Shown here: piece after piece, positions 36,667-50,411 of the stretch
Layout of the letters: each line of letters opens with the position of its first letter
Numbering within the stretch: the stretch's first letter is position 1
Assembly (NCBI GenBank): GCA_040143965.1
Contig: JASJQH010000006.1
Span: 1 to 61,419, forward strand
Direction of reading: 5' to 3'
Source of the DNA: Basidiobolus ranarum
Taxonomy: Eukaryota
DNA: 61,419 nucleotides
The notes under the pieces: model-generated
Databases searched by the model: none
The model's input: the letters and a program-made list of their open reading frames with translations, nothing else
What the model was told of the DNA's origin: nothing
Translations under genes and position numbers: made by a program

Positions 36667-39600
36667 ATGACCAACTCAGATTATGATATGGATGCTTCCT
36701 CAAGTTACGAGAGTGAGAACCCTTGGACCATTGAAATAAACCCACAAAATGAAAGTCTTTCTCTCGGACTTTCAAACGCCATAGAAATACTTGAAAGCCC
36801 AAGCTCCGCAAACACTCCTAGCAGTGTTTATAAAATTGACGACGTCACCTGCATTTCCAAAATAAGTGACGAGGTTAGTTTTGCATCATGGTAGCTTCCT
36901 ATTTATGTTCAAACCACTTACTTCTTTACCTGTCGAATCCAGTCAGTTGAGCCTTGTAACTTTATGGAGCGTGATGCTGCCGCTATTTCCACCAACGGTT
37001 TTATTGTCGGCCTACCAAGTGTTCAATTATTGAATCGTGATTGTACAAAGCATATTTGTTCCGTTAGTTTAGGTATGTCTTCATTGCTATAAATGTATGC
37101 TGTGAATCAATTGAGCTGACATTTCTCTGCTTTATAGATGGTCGACCTGAACTAGTCGCATTTAATCGGGATTCCACCTTCGTTGTCGTTGGTGACAGTT
37201 TTGGATACATGCATTTCATTCATGTGGAAACTGGTTTCCACGTTTTCTCTCAATCAATTCACGAATTTCAATCTGAGGATGAGGGAGACCATCAAGGAAA
37301 TGTATTCAAAGCTCTCCATTTTACATCTCCTGAAAAGTGAGCTTATTTGTTATATATGTTTACTGAGAAATAATGTACAATTCTACTAACATATTATTTG
37401 TTCAAAGATCGCAAACCGAAGATCTGTTGGTTGTGTTGAAAAATCATGTATTATATCGATTTTCAAACATCAATTTAAATGCCCTCCAGGAAGCATTGTA
37501 CACAAATGACACCGCTCGTTGTTTAGAGGTATATACCATCGCTTATGTTTAATCATGTTTATAAGCTAACCATTTTCGTCATAGATTAAAGATTCTATAC
37601 AACTTGAAGAGACAGACCTCGGTCAAAGCGAGACCTCACCGCATCAACTTGACATTAATGATTTGATCACTACTTATGATAAACGAGGATCAACTATAAT
37701 TGTAGCTGGCAAAGGTAATTACAACACATATAACCATCATTGTGCAACTAAGACTAACGAGGGATTTTAGGGAATGCTTCTCTTAGCATATGGCGACGTG
37801 ATGTTCCTCAATCTGGGAATGAGCATCCTCGTACCAAGCTTGTAGATAGTGTACAGCGTGTTCTAGATGGAGTCGGAATCGTCAAACTCAGAATATCTTC
37901 AGGCGGAAAATTCTTACTCGCCTTAGATGAAAATGGCGATATCACTGTGTGGGATCGTCGAACGTCAGTATTTTTTGAAATGTCCTAATGTAAAAGTGTA
38001 TGTACTTAACTATCTTCTAAAATAGCTTGGTGATGCTACGTCAATACCATAACACACAAATTGCCGACTTCGATTTACTTCCATCCTCTATAGTCAAAGC
38101 TGGCATGGGAACTCCAATCACGGATACACTCCCTTCCTTGATAACTCTCACCAAACCTGATCAAAAGAATGGCCGCTATCTGCAGATCATTTCCCTCAAT
38201 CAGTTCCACATCACACACCGAATGCAAGTTTCTGATGCTTGTTGGCTTGTCAGATACCAAGGCAAAGCTGAGGTAAACACACTTACACATTTTGATATTT
38301 GAATTTGCGTTAATTTTTGATTGTAAACATAGAATTGTAGCGATTCAATCTTTTTCGTAGAAGGAGTGTTAGAAGCAGGAGGAGACGGGGAAGAAAGGTA
38401 GCTTTAGTGAAGTGTAAAGTGTTTGCCAGTTCTTTGTACTCATCCTATCTTTCATTTGCAGTATTTCACGGATGTTCATTCGATCCCTATCCGAAACAAT
38501 GCCTCTTACTCGTTTTCAACAATTGATTCTGAGCCGAAAGTATCTAGAAGCAGAAGCTTTTGCAGATCAGTATGGTTTAGATCTTCAAGTAGCGCTTAAA
38601 GCTAAACTCACCAATATTCTCAACGAATCATTCAACATCTCCGGTGATAACAATGAGTTACTTTCCTCTGATGTCAATGCAGACACGATTATTCACGATC
38701 TATCTAAAGTTGAAGACGATGCCTTCGTAATCGACTTTGCCTTACAAATCGTGTTCCCAGACTACCAAAATACCTATAAACTTTTAACTTACGCTCGATC
38801 ATTAGTTCATTCACTTGAATCTAAAAAGACCACAACTGCCTCCTCGTCATCAGTCTTTAATGTTCATCAAGCGTTCAGACGTCTCGGCACTTGGCAGTTG
38901 ATCGGCTTTATTACTCATGAGACTCCCAGTGGTACTGAGTCCCAAGGTTTCGATGGACGCAAATGGCAAACCTTTCGTACTTCCAATATGATCGACGAAG
39001 CCCGGGATTTGATTGCTAAGGGTAGAGTCAAGCAAGCCATGGTTATATGGAGACGTCACCATATCGACGAGAAACTAGTCGAGCATGTTGATGAAATTTT
39101 GTGCAATATGCCTGAAAACACTCCTGCTTCCGAATTTATATCTTGGATACGTAATGAAGTAATGATGCCTGTACAAAGAATGGAAGATCGTGTTAAACTT
39201 GCTATGTGGATTGAACAGAGAGCTCGTCTACTTGAGCTCAAGGAGAAAAAGCCACACAATGCACTCGAAGTAATACGTCTACTAGATGTCCAAAATAACT
39301 CTGCTAATGATCTCCATGCAGAAGCACAGTCTAAAAATATTTTATTCTGTACACCAGCTACACCAGCTCGTTATGTGGAAAGTACAATTTTCCTTGCCAG
39401 TACAGCTAGTTACTCTACCTTCGGTATCGAAAGTAATGTTAGTAGCAGTGGAGCATCAAGCTTGAGGAAACAACTTGAGGATTTGGTCTATCTTTGGGAC
39501 AAACATGACTTCAAACTTTCCCTGTCGGAGTATAGTCAAGAGACGCCAGGCAGTATTGCAATGGAACTTCTAGACCGTATTGCTGCTCCTGAACTCCTTG

Positions 39601-42600
39601 CAGATACTGTGGAGAAACATTTTAAACCTTATACGATGAAAAATGAACTCTCAAGTGACGATTTGTTGGTTGAATATTGTATGGAAGTCATGGATAATGG
39701 GGCCGGTATAGGCAAAACTTTGTCTAATGCACCTTGGGAAGTTCGCGTTCTCAGTATTCTCGAATGTATCTCGAGTGCTGAATCTCGTCTTGATGTTGTA
39801 TTAGAACTAATGCGTCGTACTCCAGTTCCTTGGAGTGACACTATTGATCAAGTAATCATTAAGTCTCTTGAAGGACCTGCATTAAGACGTACCGAAGAGT
39901 TACGTGAACAATACCGACTAATGCAACTCAAGAGTATGTTACTAAGATACGGAATTAAGGTATTTAATATATCTGATTTGGCTCTCGCGAAAGGACTTGT
40001 TTCGTTTATTGCCGCCCAAGTGGATGTTGAAACTGCAATGGATGACGCCCTACAAGTTGTTCACGCTTATCATCATTTGAATGAGTTACAGGCTTATGTA
40101 CTTCGACTTCAAAATCTCTGCTCTGCCAAAAAGCTTGATTGCCTAGTTGACCTCCTCGATAATTTGATGAATCAAGAGCCTAACCAAAGCTATGATAATC
40201 CTCAACTGACTACCTATCGTGCCAGTCAAGAAGTATTGGTGTGGTTAATTGAAATTGTTGAAAGTATTCGCGAGTTCAAAGAAAATGACCATTATTCTGA
40301 CGATGCAGTGGATACTTTCAAATGGGCTATCGAAGCGGCAGTTGTTATTACCAAATTCATATCTAGCCGCCCTGCTTTAAGAGAATTCTCTAGTACACAA
40401 GCCTACGATGCATATCTCTCTAGCGCTCAACAAATACATTGTCTAGCGACCTTATTCAATGAGTACGAGATTATCTTAACTATCGAAGAATTACAGAAGG
40501 AAGGTGCCAAGCATCAAATTGCACGCTCAGTGATCGAAAAAATTTGCGCTCAACAAAGTAGTAAAGGTAAAGGCAAACGAGGACCTGCCTCTCAAGCTAG
40601 TACGAAAACTTCGCATAATGTTCAAACTGCAGTGTTCAGATTATCCGATCTTTTGGGTATAACTCGTCACGAACTTAAAGGAATTCTTGCTGAGGAAGCA
40701 GCCTCTCACGGAGATTTGCGTACCACTTTCTTGATTTGCAAGGAGATGTATGATAAACATCCTGATAATTCTACCGCCGAATTTCTACGTAAAATCGCAT
40801 TTTTGATTACAAAATATGCAAATGAAAATGGACCGGATGTTTTCCAATCTAATGGCTTCGGAAACACTAACATCCCACTCTCATTGAAAATCCAGCAACT
40901 TGCACAGCAAGCCACTTTGTTGTGTACTGACGATTTGATGTCTGAATGCCTTGATCAATTCACCACATTTGAACTACAGCATACCATCTTTGCCCAAACT
41001 GAAAATGGAGATTATGGCTCTCTTGTTCGTCAGGTCGGGAAAATGACACTTAATCCTCAGGCTCCCGCAGCACCTGGTGGTGCTGGTGGCTCTAGCTCTT
41101 CGGTCAACATGTTTTTATCTGCGAACTTGATGGAAGAAGAACAAACAGACTCAATGGATTCGGATGATCGTTTTGCTGATGATTTGTTTCAAGAGCATTA
41201 CTTCGAGACTGGTCTGGTATTGAAGACTGAAGAAGCTATGGAGCATGCCACTTTGTTTGCACTAGATTGTTGCAAAAATAGTCGGAACCCTAGACCTCAA
41301 AACGGTACCAGTGGCAAATCTAAATCTAAATCCATTGACGACTCCATCTCTTATGATCTTTCTGCCAAAATGCTTGGAGATTATCTAAAAGACAATCGTA
41401 ACTACCAAACAGCACTGAGTGTATTCCAACGCTCTCAAGAGCAGACACTCCGAAGAATTATTGGATTTGAAGAGGAAGCTACCATTGAGGATTTGGATAC
41501 CTCTCGGTATAATGAAATCTTGGAAATATGTGTTCAAAAGGTGCTCAGCTCTAGATATATTGACAACATGTTGGCCTTAGGTTACACTATCTCATTACCA
41601 TTAGAGGAGGCATTCAAGTCTTACAAAGCTGGTTTGGCCACTGTCGGTTCAGATTATCATCGATTAATTAAATTCGCTGCCATTGGTCTTGGGTGTGCTA
41701 CTGTATGGGAACAACGAGGATTCTATGTTAACTGCAAGCAACTAGCGGCCAATGCTCGTTGGTGGCATCAACTTAAAATCTTGGATATTCCCTTTGATGA
41801 TGCTCAGTTCAGAGCTAGCAAACATAGTGAATATCAAAGGAAATTGGTCCCTCTTCTGATGGAAAAGACCAATTTGGATATCTTGACTGTACTTGAGTTT
41901 GGCCGAGCTTATGATCTTGAGGACGATTATTCTTACCTTGAATACGTAAGAAAGCTGATTTTAAGTGGCCCAGAAGAGAGCTATCAAAGCCAAGTAGTTG
42001 GCGTAGTGGACGACATTGTAAACAAAGAGAAACTACTACACCTACTTATATCACAATGCGTACCCCGAATCTCCCCCTATGATTATGAGCGGCTTCAATT
42101 CGTTTTCCAACAGATCATACAATTGCTACCGGACCATGCTGACTCAAAGACTGCAATAACCATATTGGATATTCTCATCAATTATACACGTCTGTCTTCT
42201 CCCAATCTGGATGAACTCTCGGATGCTGTCCGCATTATTGACGGAGCTGAGATTGCTCTATCTCCAGAAGATGTACCTGAGCTACGCAAACGTTTCCCAT
42301 TAAGTTTACGTAGAGTTCCTTTCCATACCATTATTGAGGAACCCTGGAAGATCTTGAAATATGAACTCACTGAGGAAACCATTCCAAAGCTTCTTCCACT
42401 TACACTTCCCTTAGGCATCCACCCTGATCAATTCTACGGATCAGTCATAGACAATCTTCTGGCCAAACTCAAGCTAGCCAAAGGAGATGGTGAGTCGGAA
42501 CCCACCGAAACCTGTACCAAACTCAAGTTCTCTGATTTCAAGGGCTTAATCCTTAAGATTAGAGACACTGAACTAGCCATCAGTTCTGCTAAATATGTTG

Positions 42601-44234
42601 CCGATGGATTCTTTTGCGGTGTGGACAAGATTCAAGCGCTTAAAACAGCCGTTCATCTCTCCGAAAAATGGCTTCAGAAAATCAATTCTGGTGCAGAAAA
42701 TGAAGAAACCAAAATACTTGAAGAACGTGCTTCTGTTGCTTTAGGAAGATTGAAGGATTCTTTAGCCAGAACCGAAACCGAACATCAACTAAGATCCGTC
42801 AAATTCACGAATTTCCTTCACCTTGTCCCTCAACCTTTAGAGCTCATTTGCCAATTGTATGCTCAACAAAGTGAAGAAGCCTTGGTGAACAAAGAATCGA
42901 TCGATATCCATCATTTAACTAGTGAAATCGCCACCAGACATTCGTTGGATATTGACAAAGTTCGTCAATACCTTCTTACTACTTGGTTAACGCAAGATCT
43001 TGAACTTCAATCAGATGAGGCTGAAACCTGTCTGCCATCGATGCGTATTCAAGCGAACTCCACCATGAACTCCCGGGCCGAGATTTCTTTACAAATGAGA
43101 ATTCTGTACCTACTTCAATGTGGCGTTCTCGAATCCAATGTTGGCTTCCTGTTGAACTTTGCTTATCAACAAAAGTCTACTCAGAAAGTGACAACCTTAA
43201 CTCGAGTTCGATCACTTAGCGTTCTTTTCCAATTAGCCAGCCCACAAGAAATCGCAAGGGTTCACAACTATCAAGAGGTTCGAGCTTATTTGCAAATGCT
43301 CCTCTACCTAGCTGACTTTGAGGATCTACGTATCTCTCAGACACTGAAAGAATTCAACGCTTGTGACAAAGAAGCATTCGCGCGTTCTCTTTGGGTGAAA
43401 CATTCGGATGAACCCAAGGTAGTTCAGCTAGTGTGTAATCTATGCGTAGATTACAAGATACATGATATGGCTTTGTGGGAAAGTGCTCTACACAAACTGA
43501 TCAAATTCCGTTTGTTCAATTATCTCCTTGGGATTATTGAGTATGTGAGCTTGGTACCTGAGTTATCACAGATGCCCAGCCTTCCACAATTATGGAACGA
43601 CGTACTAAAAGGATGTTTTGAATCAGTCTTGAAGTCGAGTCAGAGATCCAAACAAACTACACCCGAATTGGAATCACTCAAGAATCAGGCGATATTGTTA
43701 CTGCAAAAATGCCCATTCTTTTTGGAATTAGATCTTCCTACGTTTTTCCAACTCTTTGACAAACTAGGAACACCAGAGTTGGTCCTCAGTGCTTATTGTG
43801 CTTTACCTATGGTTCAACCAGTTAATGAAAAGATTCGCTCATTAATTGATCTAATTCCGTCTGGTGAACTCGTTCCGTTATTAAATCGCCTTAATCCCGG
43901 ACTGAATAAGGGACCTCTCGAAAGAGTTTCTTACTGCATTAACAAGACTCCAGTAATTCACGCCATCTATGAACGTATTGAGGATGAACACGGTTACGAG
44001 AAACTTCTACGTACAACGCATTTAAAATCATTTGTAAATTATTTGATTGATACGGATCAATTGGAGAATCTGGTACTCGCCACACTAGAAATGGATAAGG
44101 AGAACGAAGCAAGAGAATTGGTTCACTGGTATTATAAAAGATGGGATTCGAAAGTAAAGAAGATATCAGAAGATGGTGAAGAAATAGATTTACTAGATGA
44201 ATATCTGGATAGTAAACAACTAGTTGAACAGTAA
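36667..44234 (+). CDS. KNTC1: Kinetochore protein ROD / KNTC1 (RZZ complex) homolog, ~2350 aa, 9 exons
   Basis: Eight short 5' exons encode a beta-propeller-like region ('VAFNRDSTFVVVGDSFGYMHFIHVETG'). The 1920-aa last exon has Rod-like motifs: 'RFQQLILSRKYLEAEAFADQYGLDLQ', 'RISPYDYERLQF' and 'LWVKHSDEPKVVQLVCNLCVDYKIHDMALWESALHKL'. Confidence 0.85.
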
Positions 44235-44454
44235 CTCAATTCTACTCTACTACATACGCATGTATATCCACGCTTCTGTACTTTTATTCCATATTAATAA
44301 ACGATTGATAATAACACTCATGTACACTAGCATAACGAGATGTTTATGCATTTCTTGCACATTTTACGTGAAAATCAATGATCTCACTGCATCACATCGA
44401 AATGGTGGTTCAAGATATTTACATGATGAAAGTAGAGCAACTGAATTAGAAAAA

Positions 44455-44905
44455 TCAATTCGTTTTGTGTAACTTTTTATGACGAGTGAGGGTGGATAGC
44501 TGAAAATAAATGGTATGAGAACATGTCTTGGATTAATATAAAACTTGCTTAGTTACTTACATCACCAAATGCTTTGGTGCATCCTGAGTGATCACATGAA
44601 AAAGGCCGCTCTCCGGTGTGTGTTCGGTAATGTATTGAAAGTGCAGTACTTTGAGTAAAACTACGCGTACATGAAATCCACGAACATTTGTAGGGTTTTT
44701 CTCCGGTATGAATCCTTCTGTGTCGACAAAGATCCGAATTGGTGGTAAAGGACTTGTTACAGGATGGGTATTCACACCAGTGAATTCTTCGGTAGGTTGT
44801 TGAGATGTATGGATCCTTATGTGATGGTTGGAATCGATAGTTCGTACTTTCTAAGAGTTCATTTGATGGATTGAGTATGTAATTGAGTTTCATCTGCTTC
44901 AACAT
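44455..44905 (-). CDS. Small C2H2 zinc-finger protein (3 fingers); intron 44500-44560
   Basis: CEYPSC...[18 protein letters not shown]...[18 protein letters not shown]...[13 protein letters not shown]. Confidence 0.85.
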
Positions 44906-46215
44906 CACTTAGTCTTAACCCTATATAATACCACTGCTTGCAGATAAGAAAAATGAAGAAGCCAATACTGATACGCTCTCATTTATATATATTTTCTTTC
45001 AGTTCAAGTCATCACGAAATTGACTCATCTACACGGCATCCATAAAAGTATTAATGCTTTTCAAACAATCACAATACATGCCATACTAATGGTAATCCGT
45101 GGTAATGCAAATCATCTACACCTATTGCCTAAGCATCTTCACGGTACTAGCCCATTCTTTTGATGCCGCCATAAAGTGGAATTCCACTTTCCAAATCAAC
45201 TTGGTGGAAATATGGAACTCAAATGGGCGGGTGGATCTAAGAATAGTAAGTAACGTATCTTTTCTATGGAAACCAATATGATTAACCATTATACCTTTTT
45301 TGATATGAATAACACTCCACTTCATTGGAATTCACTAATAGTTGGAAAATGAACTTGAACTTGTTGAAGTTAACATAGCCTAAACATCTATATAGTCATT
45401 TATAGCTTAGTATTTAGTTATCCTATATTGAACTAAGATACCACGAACTATTCTCAAGAAGAGTTTACTTAGGAATATATGTGCAAAGTTTGGGGCTTCT
45501 AGCACAAGTTTGAGAAATCTATATATCTGAGAACTTCTGAGACCTTCCTTAACACATTCTACACGTTTGTTTGTTTACTTCTTGACAAAACCATAAATGT
45601 CAACTTTCTACTCGATAAATCAGTAAGTGAAAACCACCAATTCTTCTAGTTCTCCTAACCACTTCCAACAAACTCCCAAAACACTTTAATAAATACTTCA
45701 ACAGAACTTGGTCTATTATACTTCTGGTTTGTTAAAAATTTTAACATTGAAATCAGTTACAAATAGTGAGTGGGCTGAGAAAGCAAAGGTTTATCAAGTT
45801 GAAATTTATGCATCTTGAATAATATACTTCTGTAACTTATTATTTTTCAAACATTTACTGTACTCACCAGAGCATTTATTCTACACCCATTTCGAAAGAG
45901 TAAACAAAGAAAATAGATTGACGAAAGCGTAGCTGGAGTATTTATGTTCCACTTCCACCGCATAACAAACAAATCCCGTTGCCAAGTGACGTAACACAAA
46001 TGGAGGATATCTCCCGAAAAAAAGAACTGAGAATGAATTGAATCAATCGAAGGATTTCTTGTTTTATGTACTTTAATCAGGTAAATAATTACTGAGAATG
46101 AAAATGTTGGAGGGTATGTCATACAAGACAACATACAAAATCTACATGTAAAATAAATTTGGGAATGATTTCTTGGAAGCTATCCGTAAAGTAACATTAA
46201 GCGTATGATTTTAGT

Positions 46216-46886
46216 TTAGATAGGATAGTTGTGGACGCCGGAACCACCAGTCAAAGTGCTAGAAGATCTGTCTTGACCACGAAGATGGGCAATACCATAG
46301 AAAAGCACTGAGAAGGTAAGGAATAAGGCCCCTAAGAATAGCACAGTAAACTTCTGTGCGATAGATACCCAAATCACGATGGCAAAGCTAAAAATAGGGA
46401 AAGGTAAGCATAGAATTCATTCAGATGCATGTATAAATAGATATTTCTTACACAAGGTACAGAATAGCACGCATGAGGTTGCTGGAGAAACGGTCAGTGA
46501 CAACGGAGCTCTTGGGGATAACCATGCCACAAAAGGGGATTTCGAGTATAAGAATACACACGGCAAAAATACTATAAACAAGCAGTAAGTATTACGTCCG
46601 AAAAACATATCGAGAATAAATCAACATACAATCCAAAAATGGCAAATACAACGACAGAGGTGAACTTAATAATACCAAACACCACCAAGCCTAAAATAAA
46701 CCATTAGTTTTCGTTACGAATCGACCAGCGACAAAAGAATACATACAAATAGCAGCGATAATTGCCGACCTATAGAGAAAATTCGACGAGTTAGTGCATG
46801 TAGATAAATAGAACACACGAAACAAGATATTACCATTGGCCGTAGATGGAAAAGTTTCCAGATTTAAATTCATCAACAACACTCAT
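46216..46886 (-). CDS. TVP18: Golgi membrane protein TVP18 (Flower family), 5 exons including a 23-nt exon; not in the ORF track
   Basis: Spliced 'MSVVDEFKSGNFSIYGQW|SAIIAAI|CLVVFGII...ILEIPFC...SNLMRAILYL...GQDRSSSTLTGGSGV'. All four introns are GT-AG and keep frame. Confidence 0.9.
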
Positions 46887-47564
46887 TATAGCTTGCGTTC
46901 AAAGTTGGTGTAGTAAGAAAGATTAAGAGAAGTTAGAGAACAAGTTTAATAAGTTGTATCTCTCCGAGAATCACCTTTATACTGAAATTTTGACGCGACG
47001 CATGGACTCGTGATTTTCAATGGAGTATGATTACTAGGAATATTTTTAGAAATAATACCGCATTCAGTCTAGACATATGCCAAGTATAAGATTGTCAGAG
47101 ATCACAACAGCGTTCCATTGGAGTACCTGGAGTACCAAATACAAATTACGTCATCTCTGAATTCCATAATATATGCATAAACGACGGCTGATTTTCCATG
47201 ACATAAACACCGCAATATAGACGTTTTAGGTAACTCTTGGCAACAAGTAACTGGATTCAATCTACCTAATTAATATCTCAATTCGAAATATAAATATTGT
47301 GCTAAACCAAGGTTGCGAGATTCTAATGCCAACGATAACAATGCACCAATGACAAAAGTACGATTACGGGCGTCAGAGTTGTATCAAAATAACCTCATAA
47401 GATGTAGAATATTCTAGTTCAAGAAACTAACGATCTTCTATCGATAAGCAAAATATGCCATTCAGCACACGAACTAAAATTGGATGTGTCAAATGATCTT
47501 TATTTGAAAAATAGAACTACAACTGTACAAGACTTGCGCCAAGAACAGTGCAATTGTATGTCAT

Positions 47565-48497
47565 CTAATCAAAAAGACCGAAACCCATATCATCATCAGA
47601 CTCTTCAGCGGCTTCAGCCTGGGCGGCAGCAGCAGGAGCAGCTTCGGTAGAGGCGCTAGCAGCAGCAGGGGCGGCAACGGCAAAGGCGGAAGGATCGGCA
47701 AGGTAAGCCTTAATCTTCTCTGAGCCATCAAAGGTATATTCAGTAGCAACTGAAACAGCCAAAAGGTTCTTGTAACCGTTGATAAGAACATGGGGAACAG
47801 ATGCAAGAGTAGGGAAACCAATTTGAAGAGACAAAGCAGCAACATTTTGGACACCAGACATGAAGTGACCCATGAGGACATCATCAGTGATATCAAGAAC
47901 ATCAGAGTTGAAGCAAGTTCCGTTGTCATAAACTTGAACAACTTCCATTCCGTAAGTGAATGGGGAGATGTTCAACATGTTAAGGAGAGAGGCTTCAGAA
48001 GGTCCGACCTTGGATCCAATCTTGACAAGATGAACATCGTTGATGATTTCAATAGTACCACGGGTAATCTTGGTAGGAACACCAAGAGCTTGGAAGAAGG
48101 AAGTCTTACCAGGCTCCATACCAGTGTTACCACCGGGGATGATGACATCAACAGGAGCAACGGCACCAGACTTGGCGGGGGCAGCAACACGATTGGCAAG
48201 AATCTTGGTACGGATATCCTTGAGGTCACCATTGGTGAAAACAAAACCGACATTACCTCTGACGAAAGGAAGCAACTTTTCGTAGTTGGGGTTTTGATCA
48301 AGGAGGACCTTCAAGGCACGACGAACCATGGTGTTCTTACCCATGAGAACAACACCTTCGCCACGGATACTTTGACGAATTTGGTGCATCTGGTTAGAAC
48401 CGACATTGTCAACGCTGACAATGAAGATGGAGTTGTAAGTCTCCAAAAGATTTTGGAGCTTGGCGAAGTACTGAGTTTTCTTTTCTCCCTTTGACAT
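47565..48497 (-). CDS. RPP0: 60S acidic ribosomal protein P0 (uL10)
   Basis: '[13 protein letters not shown]...[11 protein letters not shown]', '[15 protein letters not shown]' and C-terminal '[13 protein letters not shown]'. Confidence 0.99.
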   Translation of the reverse strand: MSKGEKKTQYFAKLQNLLETYNSIFIVSVDNVGSNQMHQIRQSIRGEGVVLMGKNTMVRRALKVLLDQNPNYEKLLPFVRGNVGFVFTNGDLKDIRTKILANRVAAPAKSGAVAPVDVIIPGGNTGMEPGKTSFFQALGVPTKITRGTIEIINDVHLVKIGSKVGPSEASLLNMLNISPFTYGMEVVQVYDNGTCFNSDVLDITDDVLMGHFMSGVQNVAALSLQIGFPTLASVPHVLINGYKNLLAVSVATEYTFDGSEKIKAYLADPSAFAVAAPAAASASTEAAPAAAAQAEAAEESDDDMGFGLFD

Positions 48498-48550
48498 CTT
48501 GAGATATAAGATTAGTGTTCAAGGGGTTCCGTATGGAGGATTTTAAAGAC

Positions 48551-48701
48551 CTAGAAAATCAAAGGTGTTAAATGGATGGACAGCAACATTACTGAACTAA
48601 AATTATACGTACTAGAAAGTTGGAGTGAAGGAGAGTTTGATTTCGATTGTTTCAGGTATTTAAAAGACTTATTTCCTACTCAGATCTAATTGAAAATTTT
48701 C
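48551..48701 (-). promoter_or_regulatory. Probable 5'-UTR intron of RPP0 (48551-48612) and RRPE-like motif TGAAAATTTTC (48691-48701)
   Basis: Minus-strand GTACGT...TTTTCTAG, 62 nt, matches the local intron size. The motif is read directly. Confidence 0.45.
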
Positions 48702-48960
48702 GTACCAATCATCGATCAATACTCATACGCATATCAAATATATGCTTGCTTATTCAAGGAATTACTAGTAATTTAGCATAGACCAGCTTTACCACAGAAG
48801 CAAACATGTAATATACAATAAAGACGTTGCAACGACGTGCACTATGTTGAATATTGGTAATAGTATTGGCAGTAATCACTTGAAACTTAAAATATTGTAG
48901 AGAAATGTTGATATAGTTTATTGAATAAACGAAGCACAGCTGAGTAGGCAATCTAAGTAT

Positions 48961-49357
48961 TTAGTTCTTTCCTTGAGACTTGATGACTCTCTTAACGATC
49001 TTTTGTTCTTCAATAAGGAAAGCACGAACAATACGTTCACGAACACAGTGACCACAACGACTACCTCCGTAGGCACGTTGGACAGTCTTTTGGCGCTTGG
49101 AAATACGGGCGTACTCACGAGGACGAAGAGCGGGAACCTGTTTGGAGATCATTAGGATTACTTAACTAAAGCTCAGAAATTGCTATCGAAGTACTTACAC
49201 CAGCAAGAGTGTTACCACAGTCACCACAACGAGGGGCGCTTCCGGGTTTCTTCTCGTGCAAGTAAGTAAGCTTGCCACCAGGGGTCTTAACAATACGAAC
49301 ACGGTTAGACTTGGTGTTGTAGGAGAGACGACGACGATAGGTGACACGTTGAGCCAT
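48961..49357 (-). CDS. RPL34: 60S ribosomal protein L34 (eL34); intron 49138-49198
   Basis: '[30 protein letters not shown]...CGDCG...|[28 protein letters not shown]...[12 protein letters not shown]'. Confidence 0.98.
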
Positions 49358-50411
49358 TGCGACAGTTAATACTAGATAGATGGATGGATGATTAATACTG
49401 TCATGATAAGTAATTTTTTCTGGATGGATGAAAATACAAACCTCGTGGAGTTTTTCAACTGGATGTAGGCAAAAGGAAGAGCCACCAAACACACCACTTA
49501 CTCTTTTGTATGTCCCTCCAGCTTGTCTCAATTTTCTTAGATTTCAGGAGATTGATTGGTGGATTCTTGATCCTTAAAGGTACCTCTTTAGCTTGAAAAT
49601 TAGGCCCAGTTTTTTGGTGATTAACTATTAACGATTTACAGATTGGTTAATAGTGAGTTTTAGTGAAGCATTTACCCAGGTACGCTCTTTGCACAGGTGA
49701 ACCAAACCGGACTTCGCAGATATATGGTTACATACCAACGTGTTCATATTGGTACACCAAGGCTCACCATCTGTCAACTGGGAGGAAACGATATCCAACT
49801 AAAACTAGTTCGACACTCACGGGCCAAATGGCAAACCACACTTCCAACAAATACCCTGAATATATAATATCCAACACACCCATATATTACATGACCATAA
49901 ACCATACTGAAGAAGTCAAATATTAAATTAAAGCTCTTAGCACAGGTGATAATAATAACACAAACGAGAGTTAAACCCTATGGACTCGTATTCTCCTTTA
50001 AAGGCTACTGGAATATCACAAATAGTCCGATCAGTATCTCCGTTTAGGCTCTGCGGGTTGAATAAGCCCTTTCTTTTCTAGTGCTAGATGATTCATGCTC
50101 AAGATCAATGCACTAAAAAGCTGCTGACTAATGCAACCGTATAATTCTGTGGTGAGATTGATTAGGTCAGTCTGTAGTGATACTTCGCTTGCGGATGTCC
50201 GAACTTGGCGTATCTCATTTAATTGGAGATCCAAATAATTTCACAATTTCCAAATATGTATGAGGTGAGTATGTTAAATCAGGATGCAAAAGAGAAACCA
50301 AGGTGCTTATTAATCTATTGGCCAATGATATAGGGATATCGTTTTCATATAAACCCGCTGCCATCGGAGCAGTAAGAAACTAGCAATCAACTCATACGCT
50401 ACTTATCAACC

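Noticed and set aside
45070..45565. Short ORFs and a U12-like branch sequence TTCCTTAAC (45545-45553) followed by AC
   Set aside because: No matching RTATCCTT donor and no coding context. All introns I resolved in the window are GT-AG.
47790..48494. 234-aa antisense ORF over RPP0 (similar shadows over ACL1, AFG3, the LIM gene and ROD)
   Set aside because: Expected by-product of codon bias in the sense genes; no protein motifs.
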